A stretch of 63,736 nt of DNA, the filler included, from Halocafeteria seosinensis (taxonomy: Eukaryota), in the NCBI GenBank assembly GCA_001687465.1. It is 5 parts of 5 records of this genome, joined end to end, with 100 filler letters (N's around TTAATTAATTAA, not from the genome) between each part and the next. Parts side by side here need not be neighbours in the genome. Positions count along the whole stretch, not along the records: positions 27,573 to 47,500 come from LVLI01000082.1; positions 47,601 to 61,624 come from LVLI01000086.1; 3 more parts are not named here. One strand, given 5' to 3'. The number at the start of each line of letters is the position of its first letter. The stretch's first letter is position 1. Of this stretch, positions 44,559-56,314 are shown one piece after another. The translations under genes and the position numbers were made by a program. A model generated the notes under the pieces. That model was not told the origin of the DNA, did no database searches, and was given only the letters and a program-made list of their open reading frames with translations.

Positions 44559-46313
44559 ATGAGTTTAATTCAAAATTCAGAACACAGACCTGACATAGTT
44601 AAAACTTTTCCATCCGTAGTTTCACCTGTGAATCCAAAGTTTCATATTAAAGGTTCGGCTCAGCAATACCACGCATTTAATCAAACTTGGTCAAGTAATA
44701 GTAGCCGAGGATTACAGTTTCAGGTGTCACCCACTTCTTATGATACCGTAATTAGGAGAGATCTACGTTTAACAACTACATATATACACAAGATTGATGT
44801 GACAGTTAACGGTGGAACAATTGCTGCGGGTACAAATCTTTATACGCCTCAAAACTTAGGATTGAAGGATCACCCAATTAATCGTCTTTTTGAAAGTCCG
44901 AGAATTCAAATTAATAATGAACAAACTTCATTACAATTAAACGAATTTTTTCAAGGATTAAATTTGGCTATGTATGATGAAGATGTGGCTAATAGTTATC
45001 AAACACCTAACAATATTGATTTAGGATTTTTGAATTATAGGGATGCTGTAGGAAGTAACAGCACACCTTTAGCAGGTTATAATAACATGACTCTTCAAAG
45101 TACACACGTTCCAGATGGTGCTTTTCGTGTAGCGGGTTTCGCAGATGCTAATAGTAATACCCTTTTAAGTCAAGGTCAAAGCTATACTAGTAATGGTCAG
45201 CAGATTAATGTTGTAAATGGTGGTTATCAAATCCAAAATAACGCTCAACTTAGTGGTGGAGACTCATTTAGTATCTATGTTGCGTATTATATTGAAACTA
45301 CACCATGGATTCCACCTCTATTATTTAATGGAGAAAATGGATTAGATAAACAAGGATTATGGGGTGTTAAAGAATTGAGGCTTAATCTTCCAACGGTACC
45401 TAATCCTAAAATTATGAGAAATGTGGGAGATAGCGTTGATGATTATCGTTTAAGAGTAACTGGAGAAGATTATGGAGGTTCGGGTTCTCCTTTTGTAAAT
45501 CCATCACTACATTACCAATCCATGTTACCACCTCTAGATCTTCCCAGTGGATTGCCTAAACTAAATACTCTTCCCCAAACTAGATATGAATCAAGACTTA
45601 ACCCTTCTCAAAGTATAGGAGCAAATGCTACTAATCATCGTCTTGTTTCAGGTGAATACGATTTAAATAGTATTCCTAAAAAAGCTATGTTACTAGCACG
45701 TGAACCCCATGCTGACCGAGTTGCTCATGAAGCTGATTTTCATTATGTACCAAAAAGTTTAACAATTAGAGTAGGAAATGATCCTAATCAACTAAATACT
45801 TTTAATCAAGCGGATCTTTATGACATGACTCGTCGTCACATTCCAATTCCATGGACGTCTTTTATAGGGCGAGCTTATAAGAATGATGGTTCAGTTGTAC
45901 CTACCGTATCTGCTCCTGTTATTGTAGATTTTGGGGAAGACATCACCCTACCCACGGGAGTGGCTCAAGGATTAAATACAAGAACTAATTTCCAAGCTAC
46001 AATGTATGTAGAAAATCAAACAGGAACCCAACGAAACGTTGAATTTGAAATTGTTTTCCTAGATTCCGAGTATCTCTATAATGAAAATGGTACTTCTCAA
46101 ATTTTCTGGGGTTTCTTGACGGAAAGCGATATTCTCAATGCTAATACTTTAATGCCTGAACAACCACTTGAGAAAAAACTAGGTGGAAAGAAAAAAAGTC
46201 TTCTAGGTAGTTTGGGTCACCAAGTTAGTTCATTAGGTAAAAAGGTAGGAAATCAGGCTCTGAAAAAGGGTACGGATATGGCAGTTAACAAAGCACTTAG
46301 TCAACTAAGCTAA
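44559..46313 (+). CDS. Virophage major capsid protein (double jelly-roll, 584 aa)
   Basis: Directly follows penton; SSRGLQFQVSPTSYDTVIRRDL, INNEQTS, GLWGVKELRL, LNSIPKK, GFLTESDIL patterns; GG-preceded C-terminal tail. Confidence 0.88.
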   Translation: MSLIQNSEHRPDIVKTFPSVVSPVNPKFHIKGSAQQYHAFNQTWSSNSSRGLQFQVSPTSYDTVIRRDLRLTTTYIHKIDVTVNGGTIAAGTNLYTPQNLGLKDHPINRLFESPRIQINNEQTSLQLNEFFQGLNLAMYDEDVANSYQTPNNIDLGFLNYRDAVGSNSTPLAGYNNMTLQSTHVPDGAFRVAGFADANSNTLLSQGQSYTSNGQQINVVNGGYQIQNNAQLSGGDSFSIYVAYYIETTPWIPPLLFNGENGLDKQGLWGVKELRLNLPTVPNPKIMRNVGDSVDDYRLRVTGEDYGGSGSPFVNPSLHYQSMLPPLDLPSGLPKLNTLPQTRYESRLNPSQSIGANATNHRLVSGEYDLNSIPKKAMLLAREPHADRVAHEADFHYVPKSLTIRVGNDPNQLNTFNQADLYDMTRRHIPIPWTSFIGRAYKNDGSVVPTVSAPVIVDFGEDITLPTGVAQGLNTRTNFQATMYVENQTGTQRNVEFEIVFLDSEYLYNENGTSQIFWGFLTESDILNANTLMPEQPLEKKLGGKKKSLLGSLGHQVSSLGKKVGNQALKKGTDMAVNKALSQLS

Positions 46314-46353
46314 AAAATTAATTTAAAAAATTTTCTTCTTAATATTATAAATA

Positions 46354-46518
46354 ATGTCTGATATTACAGAAAAACCACAAAAAAAGCAAAATAAATATTA
46401 CCAAAATCATAGAGAAAAGTGTCTTTCTCAGCTAAAAGAAAAGACTTTCTGCCCAAAATGTGAATTAAAAGTTTCAAGACGCAACATAGCACGTCACCGG
46501 AGGTTATGTAAAAAATGA
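46354..46518 (+). CDS. 54-aa C2HC zinc-finger protein (absent from the ORF track)
   Basis: Manual translation: MSDITEKPQKKQNKYYQNHREKCLSQLKEKTFCPKCELKVSRRNIARHRRLCKK. Confidence 0.7.
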   Translation: MSDITEKPQKKQNKYYQNHREKCLSQLKEKTFCPKCELKVSRRNIARHRRLCKK

Positions 46519-46586
46519 ATATAATTAAATATTTAGTAATTAATTATATAAAGCATTTAGAAAGTTATTCCTCTTAAATATATAAA

Positions 46587-46982
46587 ATGGAAGAATTCAG
46601 AAATTTACAACAACAAGTGAAAAAGTTAAAAAATGTAGGACTAGCACCNNNNGANNNNNGTTTAAAACTTCAGCAAACTCTCAATTATATTATTCATCCT
46701 AAATTAGAATCTAATGACAAAGTAGAAAAGATAGAATATGTAGGTTCTAGACCTGTTTTTGGAGCTTGGATGAAGAAAGAGAACAAGCCACCAAACGAAT
46801 TTAAATTACCCATTCCTTTAATGATTTACAGATCTTTCACTTGGGAAAAGAAATATTACTATCAAATTGAACCTGTAAAAAGCAAAGATGCTTATAAAAG
46901 CTGGACAGATTTGGGTAACATTAATCACAAAATGACTGTTTATCCACTTTATAGTCGAACAGTAAAAAGGATAGTGAGGTAA
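46587..46982 (+). CDS. Hypothetical virophage protein
   Basis: 131-aa ORF preceded by TATATAAAATG; contains ambiguous bases. Confidence 0.55.
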   Translation: MEEFRNLQQQVKKLKNVGLAXXXXXLKLQQTLNYIIHPKLESNDKVEKIEYVGSRPVFGAWMKKENKPPNEFKLPIPLMIYRSFTWEKKYYYQIEPVKSKDAYKSWTDLGNINHKMTVYPLYSRTVKRIVR

Positions 46983-46994
46983 GCTTGTAGTCCT

Positions 46995-47462
46995 CTAAGC
47001 TAGAAAAATAAAAGTAAGTCCTTCATGATCCAAGATTTTATTCTTATAAGGTTTGTCTTGTTTAATTTCTTTAAATATGTCGTGGTTTATTCCTTTTCCT
47101 TTAAGAGGAGTGTAACTAATAACGTTGAAATCAGTTCTAAAAAATACAACATTATAAAAACCTCCATAAAACTCCATAACTTGATGGGGAAGTTGAGTAA
47201 TTACATTACCTTTCAAAGGAAAACCCTGTTTCTCTTCTATACATCTTTTTCTGGAGAACATTTTTACTAAAGTATGGAAACAAACTTCCACATCATAAAA
47301 TAGGAATTTATCTTCTACAAAGTTATACTCATTGATAAAATAATCCATTAGTTTTTGAGGTGGATTGATGAGAATCAGGTTTTGATTTCTGTTATAGAGT
47401 ACTTCCTTTATTTCGTTGGTAATTTTCTCACCCTTATATAAAATTCGTTCTTCTTCTTTCAT
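46995..47462 (-). CDS. Hypothetical virophage protein
   Basis: 155-aa ATG ORF in AT-rich DNA. Confidence 0.55.
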   Translation of the reverse strand: MKEEERILYKGEKITNEIKEVLYNRNQNLILINPPQKLMDYFINEYNFVEDKFLFYDVEVCFHTLVKMFSRKRCIEEKQGFPLKGNVITQLPHQVMEFYGGFYNVVFFRTDFNVISYTPLKGKGINHDIFKEIKQDKPYKNKILDHEGLTFIFLA

Positions 47463-47500
47463 TTATATTGATATAAGTTTAAAATCTATATATTATATTA

Positions 47501-47600
47501 NNNNNNNNNNNNNNNNNNNNNNNNNNNNNNNNNNNNNNNNNNNNTTAATTAATTAANNNNNNNNNNNNNNNNNNNNNNNNNNNNNNNNNNNNNNNNNNNN
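47501..47600. other. Artificial contig linker
   Basis: N-run with TTAATTAATTAA. Confidence 0.97.
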
Positions 47601-47773
47601 GTTTGTCTGGTATTGGGACGTCTTGTAGCGGCCGTACTAGTACTCTTTTGGGTATTTTTCGTCCCCGATTCCCCTTGACAGCCTGAATCTGGATGGGCTC
47701 TTTTCTGGGTCTGACGGTTCTCATTAGCTGTTTGTCTGGTATTGGGACGTCTTGTAGCGGCCGTACTAGTACT
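47601..47773. repeat. Direct repeat with 129-bp period at the contig start
   Basis: gtttgtctggtattgggacgtcttgtagcggccgtactagtact at 47601 and 47730. Confidence 0.85.
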
Positions 47774-48509
47774 AGAAGCTCCCTTCTTCGGCATCGTCTC
47801 CTACAAACGTTGGTAATAAACTTTATCTAGCATCTGTTTGTATACACTTACACAGACAGGTTAATACAACCTACTGTAAACGTATTATGAAACAACACAC
47901 AGAAAGAACAGAAGCTACCAAAGGGAACAAAATAACATGCTCCTCGCATCAACAATGCCAGGTAATAATAGGCATCATTCATTACATTGAATTGCGCTGG
48001 AAAGGAAGCGAGATGACTCCCGCCCTTAGAACCTTTTTTGTAGTTTGGAAGTTCACAGTACTTCAAGAAAGGTACTGTGCGTGATGGGAGGGCCGTCCGA
48101 GTCTTGTGATGGCGGAGCTCACCCTGTTTTCCGCCCCACCTACTTTTTTGACGACCTCTGACCCCCGTTTTCTCATCCTACAGAGGGACAAAACGAACAA
48201 AAAGGGGTATTACTAAAATAGAATCAGTAACAATAAGATATGCACAAGTAGAATGCTCTCACATGTAACACATAGTGAAATACCTCAAGTTATTTTTTCG
48301 AAGTTGAAGTTTCGGACTAGAATTCAAAAATGTTGAAACTTGACCACAAAAGTCCAGTAGGAAGACACAATAATGCCATCATCATCCAAACATGGATACG
48401 ACAAGGTGTAGAAAAATCCGGACAACAAATTCAGGCGGTCTTAGAGCACATGGAGTTCTCTGTAAGCACTTATTGTAAGGGTAAGCTCACCAGCATAGCA
48501 AACAAACTA

Positions 48510-51500
48510 GGGTGGGACAAAATTCACTCAGTGAAATCTTCAAAAATTCACCCTGCGCCTTGCACTACTTCAACCTGTGGAAATAGGCCTCATACGAATA
48601 TGCATAGATTGTCATCGGAACATATACTCAATGGAAAGAAACAGTATATACTGTAGAACCAATCCATGAAAGTTGTGATAATGGTACTTTCTTTATCCAA
48701 TAGAATACGCACTCCCAAATTTCAACAAGGCACGACTGACATCACAAATGTAAATCATGCTATTCACACCGAAAAGTGTTTTGTATGAACTACATAACTT
48801 TTCATACATATAATTCACCGGTTATCATTTTTAGACAATGTATATACTATCATATCCTGAAATCACATTTTCAAGATCTAATTGCACCAAGCTGTGCCGC
48901 GGTCACACTTCACATTGGAATGCCTTGATCATTTAGAAATGGTGATAACCCATTCGATGGTATTTCAAAGTAAGATGCAGACTTTGTTGTAACCTCCTCG
49001 ACTCAAAACGAAAGGACAAAGCCTTTCTTAGTCCTGTTGTAATAAAATGGCTAGTAAGCATCGCAACATCCTGCAGCGAACGCTGGAAGACGAGGGGGTG
49101 AAGATCATCTTCACTATGAAAAACAATATTATAGGGAAACTTGCGAACAGAAACGTAGACATCGATAGCCTATCGAACATACTGAAGCATAGGTCGCCTC
49201 TCCTCCACGAGAACGATATTTGCTCTCTCCTCAGCAGAACACTTGGAACGACTCAGTCTCTGGAGGAGTTATCTCAGAAGACGTGCGTACTTTTGGCGGT
49301 TTTCCGTGTTTATGGGCACATGTTATGTGTCCAGAGAAAACAGTTTTACTCCTCGCACAACATGCTGGGAGTACAGCTGTATTGTTCCCGCGAGTGTGAC
49401 TTCAAACTTTGTCTCAACCTTCGCATTTCCAATGGACAAGTGAGGTGCTGGATCAGTGAGAATACACATTGGATTCATTCTCACGACCAAGTTTCGGAAT
49501 GGCTACAGCGCTTCGAGAGAGGAAGGAACTGTTATAAGGCTGCAAGGAATGTGCTCAAGCAGCCATCGAACAGTGCCACACAGAGCGACAACTTCGAATG
49601 CGAAGAACCTTCCATTACCACCAGCAAAAAACGAAGTATTAACAGGTTGGTGCAATCATCAACCTTCCAGGAAAATGAAGAAAGCCATATTAGGCTTTTT
49701 TGAGTCTAATGGGCTTCGATATTTAATGCCTGCTACAATGTCATTCATTGCGTGGGCATCGCCGAAAATGCAACGAAATCTCGCGACTTACGAAGATCCG
49801 ACAATGATTGACGCCAAGCATGCAGTACAGGTATACTTTAGCGGAAGTGAAAAAGCAAAACTACTTCAGGTAGTCTCTCCATCAAAGGAAGGCCATATAC
49901 GTGTGCTCGTCCAAGCATTAGCCTTTAGTGAGGCGGCAAGTACCTTCCGAACGCGGAAGACAACTCCCCGGGAGTAATCTTCTCAGACGACTGCAACGGA
50001 CTTAGGGTCGCCATACAAGAGAAATGGGAAAGTAGCATACACCGATGTTGTGCCTACCACGCCTTGTTGAACCTGCAGAAACGAATTCGCAAGATAGATG
50101 ATGAAGCCGCAAGGAAAGAGGCCGACTTACTGGCTCGAAAATGCATTGTAAGCATAGACGCAAGTGAAAACGAGTGGTATTGGGGGACACTCAAGGAGCT
50201 TCTTCGCGAGCACCTGGAAAACGTGGAAACCTTCATCCAGTAGTATGAGAACAACACTAACGTTTGGACCCTCAGAGGGCTGCCACGAAATGTGTTCCTC
50301 TAGGACAAATTCGCAGATACACTCGTGGAATCAGCAAATAGTATCGTTCAAAGAGAGAATATCACTCATGCTAGGTCGACGATGCGCGCTATACATATAG
50401 CCTCGGCATCCCATGATGACTCCATTCGCAAACCTTCTGTATTGGTCGATGCTCCCGTCGTATCTGCCAACGTGACTTCAAAGGCGACCTTCGAGAAGGA
50501 GAGAAAGGAACTACAACATGAAGTTGCAGTGGTAGCCCATCCGATCGTGCTGAAGAATATGTGTGAACATGTAACAAACAAGTGTCTTCGCCTGCTTCTT
50601 AACGTTCTTCGACAGAGTATGAAATACGGTCATCGACAGAAAGAAGACTGGTATGAAGTCTCCCCATATAGACACCCAGAAAGGGTATCGACTGTCATTT
50701 TCCATCCGGTGGAGCAACAATTTGTCTGATTAAGTTGCACGTTCTTTAATATTTATGGTTGTCCCTGCCCCTGTATCATGGCTGTCTACCGGGGTCTATC
50801 CTCTCCCTCCGAGAGTTGGCTGCCATTTGTCTCAAGAAACTTATACAGCGCCGCTGGGTCAGACATAAACGGGACGTTCAAAAACTTACCGATAAATGAA
50901 GATGCCGATGGAAAGAAAATCACACCTGATGACATACTGAACGACATTTGCGAGAAGCAAGTACATGCATCGTCCGAAGACAGTGCCGCAGATAATGAGG
51001 ACGTACCACAGCAGCTGCAGCCAGAAACCACGAAGTTCAAGGAAGGAGCTAAACAGTTCCAGCCGAGACGAAAGACGGAAGACATCAAATTAGAGGAGGC
51101 AATGGGCAACGGCAAAAAGGCGTTGAATGCGCGGCGGTGGTACACCGACAATATCCTGATCCCCATCCCCTCTGAGAAGCCAACTACGATAAGAACGAGT
51201 GGTCAACTCTTGTTGAGAGTATCCATAAGGCTAAAGAGTCTAGGGATCATAAGCTATATTACTCATGCGACAATCGTTCAGGACCTTCCCGCTCTGCCAG
51301 CCGGTCGTCCTGCGCCTTCTCGTTTATAGGAAAAATCGGGTTCTACCAGTCGCTCAAGCCACCAGAATTCCAGAACTCTTCTAATCGTGCACCCCGGAAA
51401 CATTTTCCATATTTGGACACAGCAGAGGAGACGAAAGATGGAATGATGTGCAACTTCCTTGGGTACAAGGAGAAGGACCTCATTTCCAAGGAGTACGAAG

Positions 51501-52222
51501 CTTCCGCCGCTGAGAGTACAACTTCTGAATGTAGACAGTTTACAAGAAAAGAGAGAAAAACTGGACAGACGAAAAGAAATAAATCGTCGAACACATGTCG
51601 AACGACAAAGACCAAAAGAGGGTCAGCGCAAGCTTGTAAAGGCACTAAACCCAAGGCGAAGAAGTGATCCTAACGTCCCGCTGTACGGCAGTCTCCCATG
51701 TAGGCATTTCTGCGTCACAGTATGTCCCATGAGATGTAACCCACATTCCTCGTAATTTGCGAACATCAAATCCTTTTCAACTCACTGCAATGCACCTCAT
51801 ACGAAACAATACAGCTTGATAGCCGCTGACAGCCGCGCACAGCTCCTGTCCTCTTTGCACTTTCTTATGGGGCATTTCATCTACCTACCTGACAGTGACG
51901 TATTCCATGTTAACTATTTAGCTCGATATATTCACCATCGTTAGCAATTAGCTCTGTGGATAACAACAAAAGCCTGAACATTTCGTGGGATGTCAGTCGT
52001 GCCTTGTTGAAATTTGGGAGTGCGTATTCTATTGGATAAAGAAAATACCATTATCACAACTTTCATGGATTGGTTCTACAGTATATACTGTTTCTTTCCA
52101 TTGAGTATATGTTCCGATGACAATCTATGCATATTCGTATGAGGCCTCTATTTCCACAGGTTGAAGTAGTGCAAGGCAGGGTGAATTTTTGAAGATTTCA
52201 CTGAGTGAATTTTGTCCCACCC
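48510..52222 (+). mobile_element. Mutator-like DNA transposon with ~234-bp TIRs flanked by TA
   Basis: TIRs 48510-48743 and 51989-52222 nearly identical, starting GGGTGGGACAAAATTC; TA at 48508-48509 and 52223-52224. Confidence 0.88.
49047..51667 (+). pseudogene. Frameshifted MULE-type transposase with SWIM-like zinc finger
   Basis: C..C..HSH N-terminal finger, TMIDAKH, CAYH (CxxH) at ~50050, SWIM-like C.SC.FF...G.PC at ~50725-50780, spread over several frames. Confidence 0.7.
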
Positions 52223-52501
52223 TACAGGAGTGGGGGCTAACGTGGCTGCACCACTTACTATAAGCCAAACGTCGGTGGAAACATCGCTGACCTCTTCGCA
52301 CGAGTCATCGAATTTCACTCCAATAACTATCAGTGCAACCGACCAGAGCATACCAACGATGCTGAGGACTCCTCGCAGAGTTTTCCTACTCTGACTCTCT
52401 TCTGAGCCAGTTCCGGAATTTACTTCCATTGTAAGATGGAGCGCTGATATCGTCTTAAATTCTGCAGCAGCAGAAGTCTCAGGTATCAGAGTGTACAACA
52501 A
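52223..52501 (-). pseudogene. 5' part of a small membrane-protein gene interrupted by the transposon
   Basis: Two TM segments ending ATLAPTPV at the TA; the frame resumes as VCLLC beyond 48507. Confidence 0.55.
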
Positions 52502-53971
52502 TTGCTCGAGAATAGCAGATTACATTTACAAGCACAAAAGCAGGTGAACGACGAGTAACGTAAACCCTGAGCTTCTGGAGATTCGAAGGAACCTTGAAAC
52601 CTAATCACTCGGTCACTCATTGATCTCGTGTGGGGACCCTCACCACTATATCCTTACACATGGTTAGCAACGACGGAATAGGGGCCATACTGATTCTCCC
52701 ACAGACTCGAGAGTAGACGGCTTCCAGGTTTGTTTATCGGTACCATGCGACATACACTTTGCCCATTCCCAGGAGCGAGTTGTGCTCAGTGAACTGACAA
52801 CTGATGTGATACATAGTAAACAGATAAGTTTTCAGTCTTTACATGACCCGTACCCTTTACATTCGAAACCCTATGCCTCATATAGCAAGCCATGCCCCCA
52901 CACAGATTCCTTGTTGCGCGTAGAACAACTATTGAGCAACCGACCGCGGGTAACAAAATGAAGCCAGCTAATGGCAACGACGGAACGACTGAACACTCAC
53001 CTTTTTGAGTCTATCGTACCGTGCCCAATGACTGGAATAAGCAACAGTAACTGCAATACATAGGTACTCGCTACTCTAGCTTCGTTAGTTCTGCGACGGT
53101 AGTGCGCGAGTGTTGGTGTCTGACTGAGCACTGTTCCCACGTGGCGCGTGTGCCTGACTGAGCACTTCACATGTGGCGCGTGCAACGGGATCGTATTGCT
53201 GATATGGATGGCGACGTGTAAGTATACCATACGTAAAAACGCGGTCTCTCTTATGGATACGACCTTCCATGGATATCGAAATCCAAGCAAAATCGTCTGG
53301 TCACTTTAAACGGTGCGACGCGACGAAGTCGAATTCCGAATGCGACGGAGTACTAGTTCGCCGACACAATCAGTCAGCTAGCATAGCACAAGAACGAGTT
53401 GAAAACATTCTGCTACGTACTTTTGGTTACACAATGGCCATAGATGCACGCTCATTACGCGAACTAGAATATGGGCACCGCTCTGTGAGAGAGTGTCGGT
53501 AGCGAACCCAGCAATGTGGACACATTGCACACATTGGGTTTAGACGGATAACTAGCTTCACTTCCTCCTTCCCTTTTTAAAACGCAAGAAACTATACGGG
53601 CAACTCTGGCAACTACTAATTCAATTAGTAAATAGGCTCTGAGATTGTCTTTCAAGCTATCGTAGCATCTTGCAAGTGTTGCAGTCCAAATGCCACGCTG
53701 ACACACAAATTGAGCAACTAACCCTCTGACCCCACTGTATCAAGATACAACGAGAGACGGAACGGTCCTACCATCCTCTTACACAATAGAAAAACCCTCC
53801 TCAATGAAAGCATCCCCAAACGAAATTAGATGCCTCACTTCCCGTACTAGATAACGCACCTTCCCCTGTTGCGCCAGTCAGGAGTCGACGGAACTGTTCG
53901 GAACAACAACAACGAAGCCCGACTCCCTCGTTAATCTAGCTCTGATGCAGATTCAGTTTATAACGCGGGTA

Positions 53972-54229
53972 GAGCCATGCTAGACTGCATTATCATTCAC
54001 ATTATGCATTGTTTTCTGGCGTGACGGGCAGAATCAAGACACCCCACCGAAGAGTTCGAGCCATGCTAAACTGCATTATCATTCACATTATGCATTGTTT
54101 TCTGGCGTGACGGGTAGAATCAAGACACCCCACCGAAGAGTTCGAGCCATGCTAAACTGCATTATCATTCACATTATGCATTGTTTTCTGGCGTGACGGG
54201 TAGAATCAAGACACCCCACCGAAGAGTTC
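53972..54229. repeat. Three ~86-bp tandem repeats covering the 3' end of the LRR gene
   Basis: gagccatgcta.actgcattatcattcac...ccaccgaagagttc three times. Confidence 0.92.
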
Positions 54230-55018
54230 ACAATGTTCAAATAAATGGCGCTCGCCCGTTTCCACAGCAGCCAAACTCGATAGATGGGTAAAAGCCATCG
54301 GTGTTATGGTAGATTGGTCACATTCGTCCATAGTGAGATATTCCAGTTTTTCCAAGTGTTTGAACGCCTCATCGGAAATAGTTGTTTGGTTACATTGGGA
54401 AATGTTCAAATCCCTTAAATTGCGTAGATGGCGAAAAGCACCATCTGTTATTGTGGATTGATTGCATCCTGTTATGTCAAGCGAGGTAAGGTTTGATAAA
54501 TGTTGAAAAGCAAAATCGGAAAGATTGAGCTGACTGCATTGCTTCATTGTCAAGTGCCTCACGTTTGTTAGGTGTAGGAAAACTTCGTCTGTAATCCATG
54601 AGTGATTGAAACGACGCATAGCTAGATGCGTTAAATTACACAAAACAGAGAATGATGAATTGGATAGGTTAGCATCTTCACACGCTCCTATCTTCAGCGA
54701 GCGGACTCTGGAGAAATTCCAGAGGCCCTGGTCCGTTAACTGTTCTCCCCTGCCTGAAATTTCCAATCTCCCCGAGAAGTTTGGGTAGAGTTCACTGAAT
54801 TCGTTTGCCTCGTTCCCATCATGCATTATATGTTGACACTTTGGCCACGTCATTCTTCTGGCAATTGAAGATCTTCGACCGGGTTCCACGTCCTTCCAGT
54901 AGAGCACTACATCTTCGATCTCTCCACTTGCATAGTTCTGATACCATGAGAGGTAAACGTAGAGCATGTGAACTAAGTATCCATTTGAATCCCCTTGCAT
55001 TCTACGTGTGTTCCTCAT
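54206..55018 (-). CDS. Cysteine-containing (FBXL/AMN1-like) leucine-rich repeat protein
   Basis: ~25-aa repeats LxxLxIxxCNQxTITDxAFxHL. Confidence 0.75.
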   Translation of the reverse strand: MRNTRRMQGDSNGYLVHMLYVYLSWYQNYASGEIEDVVLYWKDVEPGRRSSIARRMTWPKCQHIMHDGNEANEFSELYPNFSGRLEISGRGEQLTDQGLWNFSRVRSLKIGACEDANLSNSSFSVLCNLTHLAMRRFNHSWITDEVFLHLTNVRHLTMKQCSQLNLSDFAFQHLSNLTSLDITGCNQSTITDGAFRHLRNLRDLNISQCNQTTISDEAFKHLEKLEYLTMDECDQSTITPMAFTHLSSLAAVETGERHLFEHCELFGGVS

Positions 55019-55455
55019 ATTTACTGCTGTGATTAGTGTGTGTTGCCCTGCCTAAGCACGGGTTTTCTGAATACCGTACTACCAACACAAACGATCATAC
55101 TGATCACGGTATACTGGGGTGTATTCAAGACGTTGTGCTGGAAAGATACTGTGTTGAAAGCCGGACTAGTCTCTCGCGGGTGTGCTGACGTCACTGTCAC
55201 TGCTGACTCACCATTAAGCCACTGGTTGTATGAACTTGTGCATACAGCAGTAAAGCATAAATTCGCATTTATGTGCCTTGATTCAATATTCTACGGCAAT
55301 CTACGCATGAGAACGCACGCAAGATTGTCCAGATTCTTGTACGTCTCAAAGCCATTCGAACTTAAGAGTATAAAATCTCACAATGTGACTTCTCCCACAC
55401 CCATTATGGAGATCGGTTGTGCCTCTTTATTGTAACATTCCATGGAATGCAAAAT

Positions 55456-56314
55456 TCACTTTACTCGTTTGATGATGTGAAGACCAGAATCGGAATCTAC
55501 AATACCCGATATCTCCTCGACTTCTAGGCCAAAAGCGGCCTCTTCGAAGGGCTTTTGCATTTTTCCACGGGGAAACTCGCCAAGATCTCCTTCACGCTTA
55601 GCCGAGCTGCAGTCACTTCGTTCCTTCGCAATGCTCTCAAATGACTTTTCTTTCTTTATAATTTGTCTTCGTAGATCATACAAGATTTTTTTTGCTTCCT
55701 CTTTGGAGAGGCTTATGTTCGACTCTCGCCAACTGTTTGGATTTCGGCTCTTCGCATGCTGCATCATCACTTATTTCAGACCAACACTGAACCTGGCTAA
55801 CCCATTACGACAATTCTGAAGGGACGATACTCACCTTAATCAGGATATGTTTGCAGCGCACTTTTGAAGGCTCCTGCAAGACAAGAGGGGCTGGGCTCAG
55901 AATGTCCAATGCAGCGTGAAAAAAGTACAACCACCTACCTCTTCCTTCTTTTGACTTTTGGCGGGTTGTTTCGGAGCAGTCCATTGAGCTACACGCGTGA
56001 CTGTATTGTAGTAAAACCCTGTAGAATCAATCAAAATCGCCGTTCCCTCTGCACACAATATCGCCTCCATAGAGTATATACCTACGTTTTCCAGGTCTTG
56101 ACTTGGATTCCCTGATAATCCATCCTTCGGGTAAGTCACTGCCATCGTCATTCGCATTGTCTGTGGACTCTCCTTTAGGCTCATGGTCTTCATCTTGTTC
56201 ATCTTCGGGTTTGGAGCGTTTAGTGCTCCCCCGAGCTGCTTCGCTTCTCGGGTCTTCGCTCGCGCTCATTCTTCCAGTAGCCCCAACTCCAGAAGCGGCC
56301 GCAGAGGAGGACAT
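55456..56314 (-). CDS. PIN1: Peptidyl-prolyl isomerase Pin1/Ess1 (WW + parvulin), multi-exon
   Basis: WW: LPEGW..RESKSRPG / YYNTVT..QW.AP; parvulin: SDCSSAKREGDLG.F.RGKMQKPFEEAAF, DSGLHII. Confidence 0.92.

Larger units (their letters stand above)
42095..47500 (+). mobile_element. Endogenous virophage (Lavidaviridae-like), partial, cut by contig end
   Basis: AT-rich intronless block with adjacent virophage-type penton and major capsid genes, GIY-YIG nuclease, and a palindrome at the host junction. Confidence 0.87.

Noticed and set aside
6306..47500. PLV and virophage as one nested hybrid element
   Set aside because: They lie on different contigs separated by linkers and host genes
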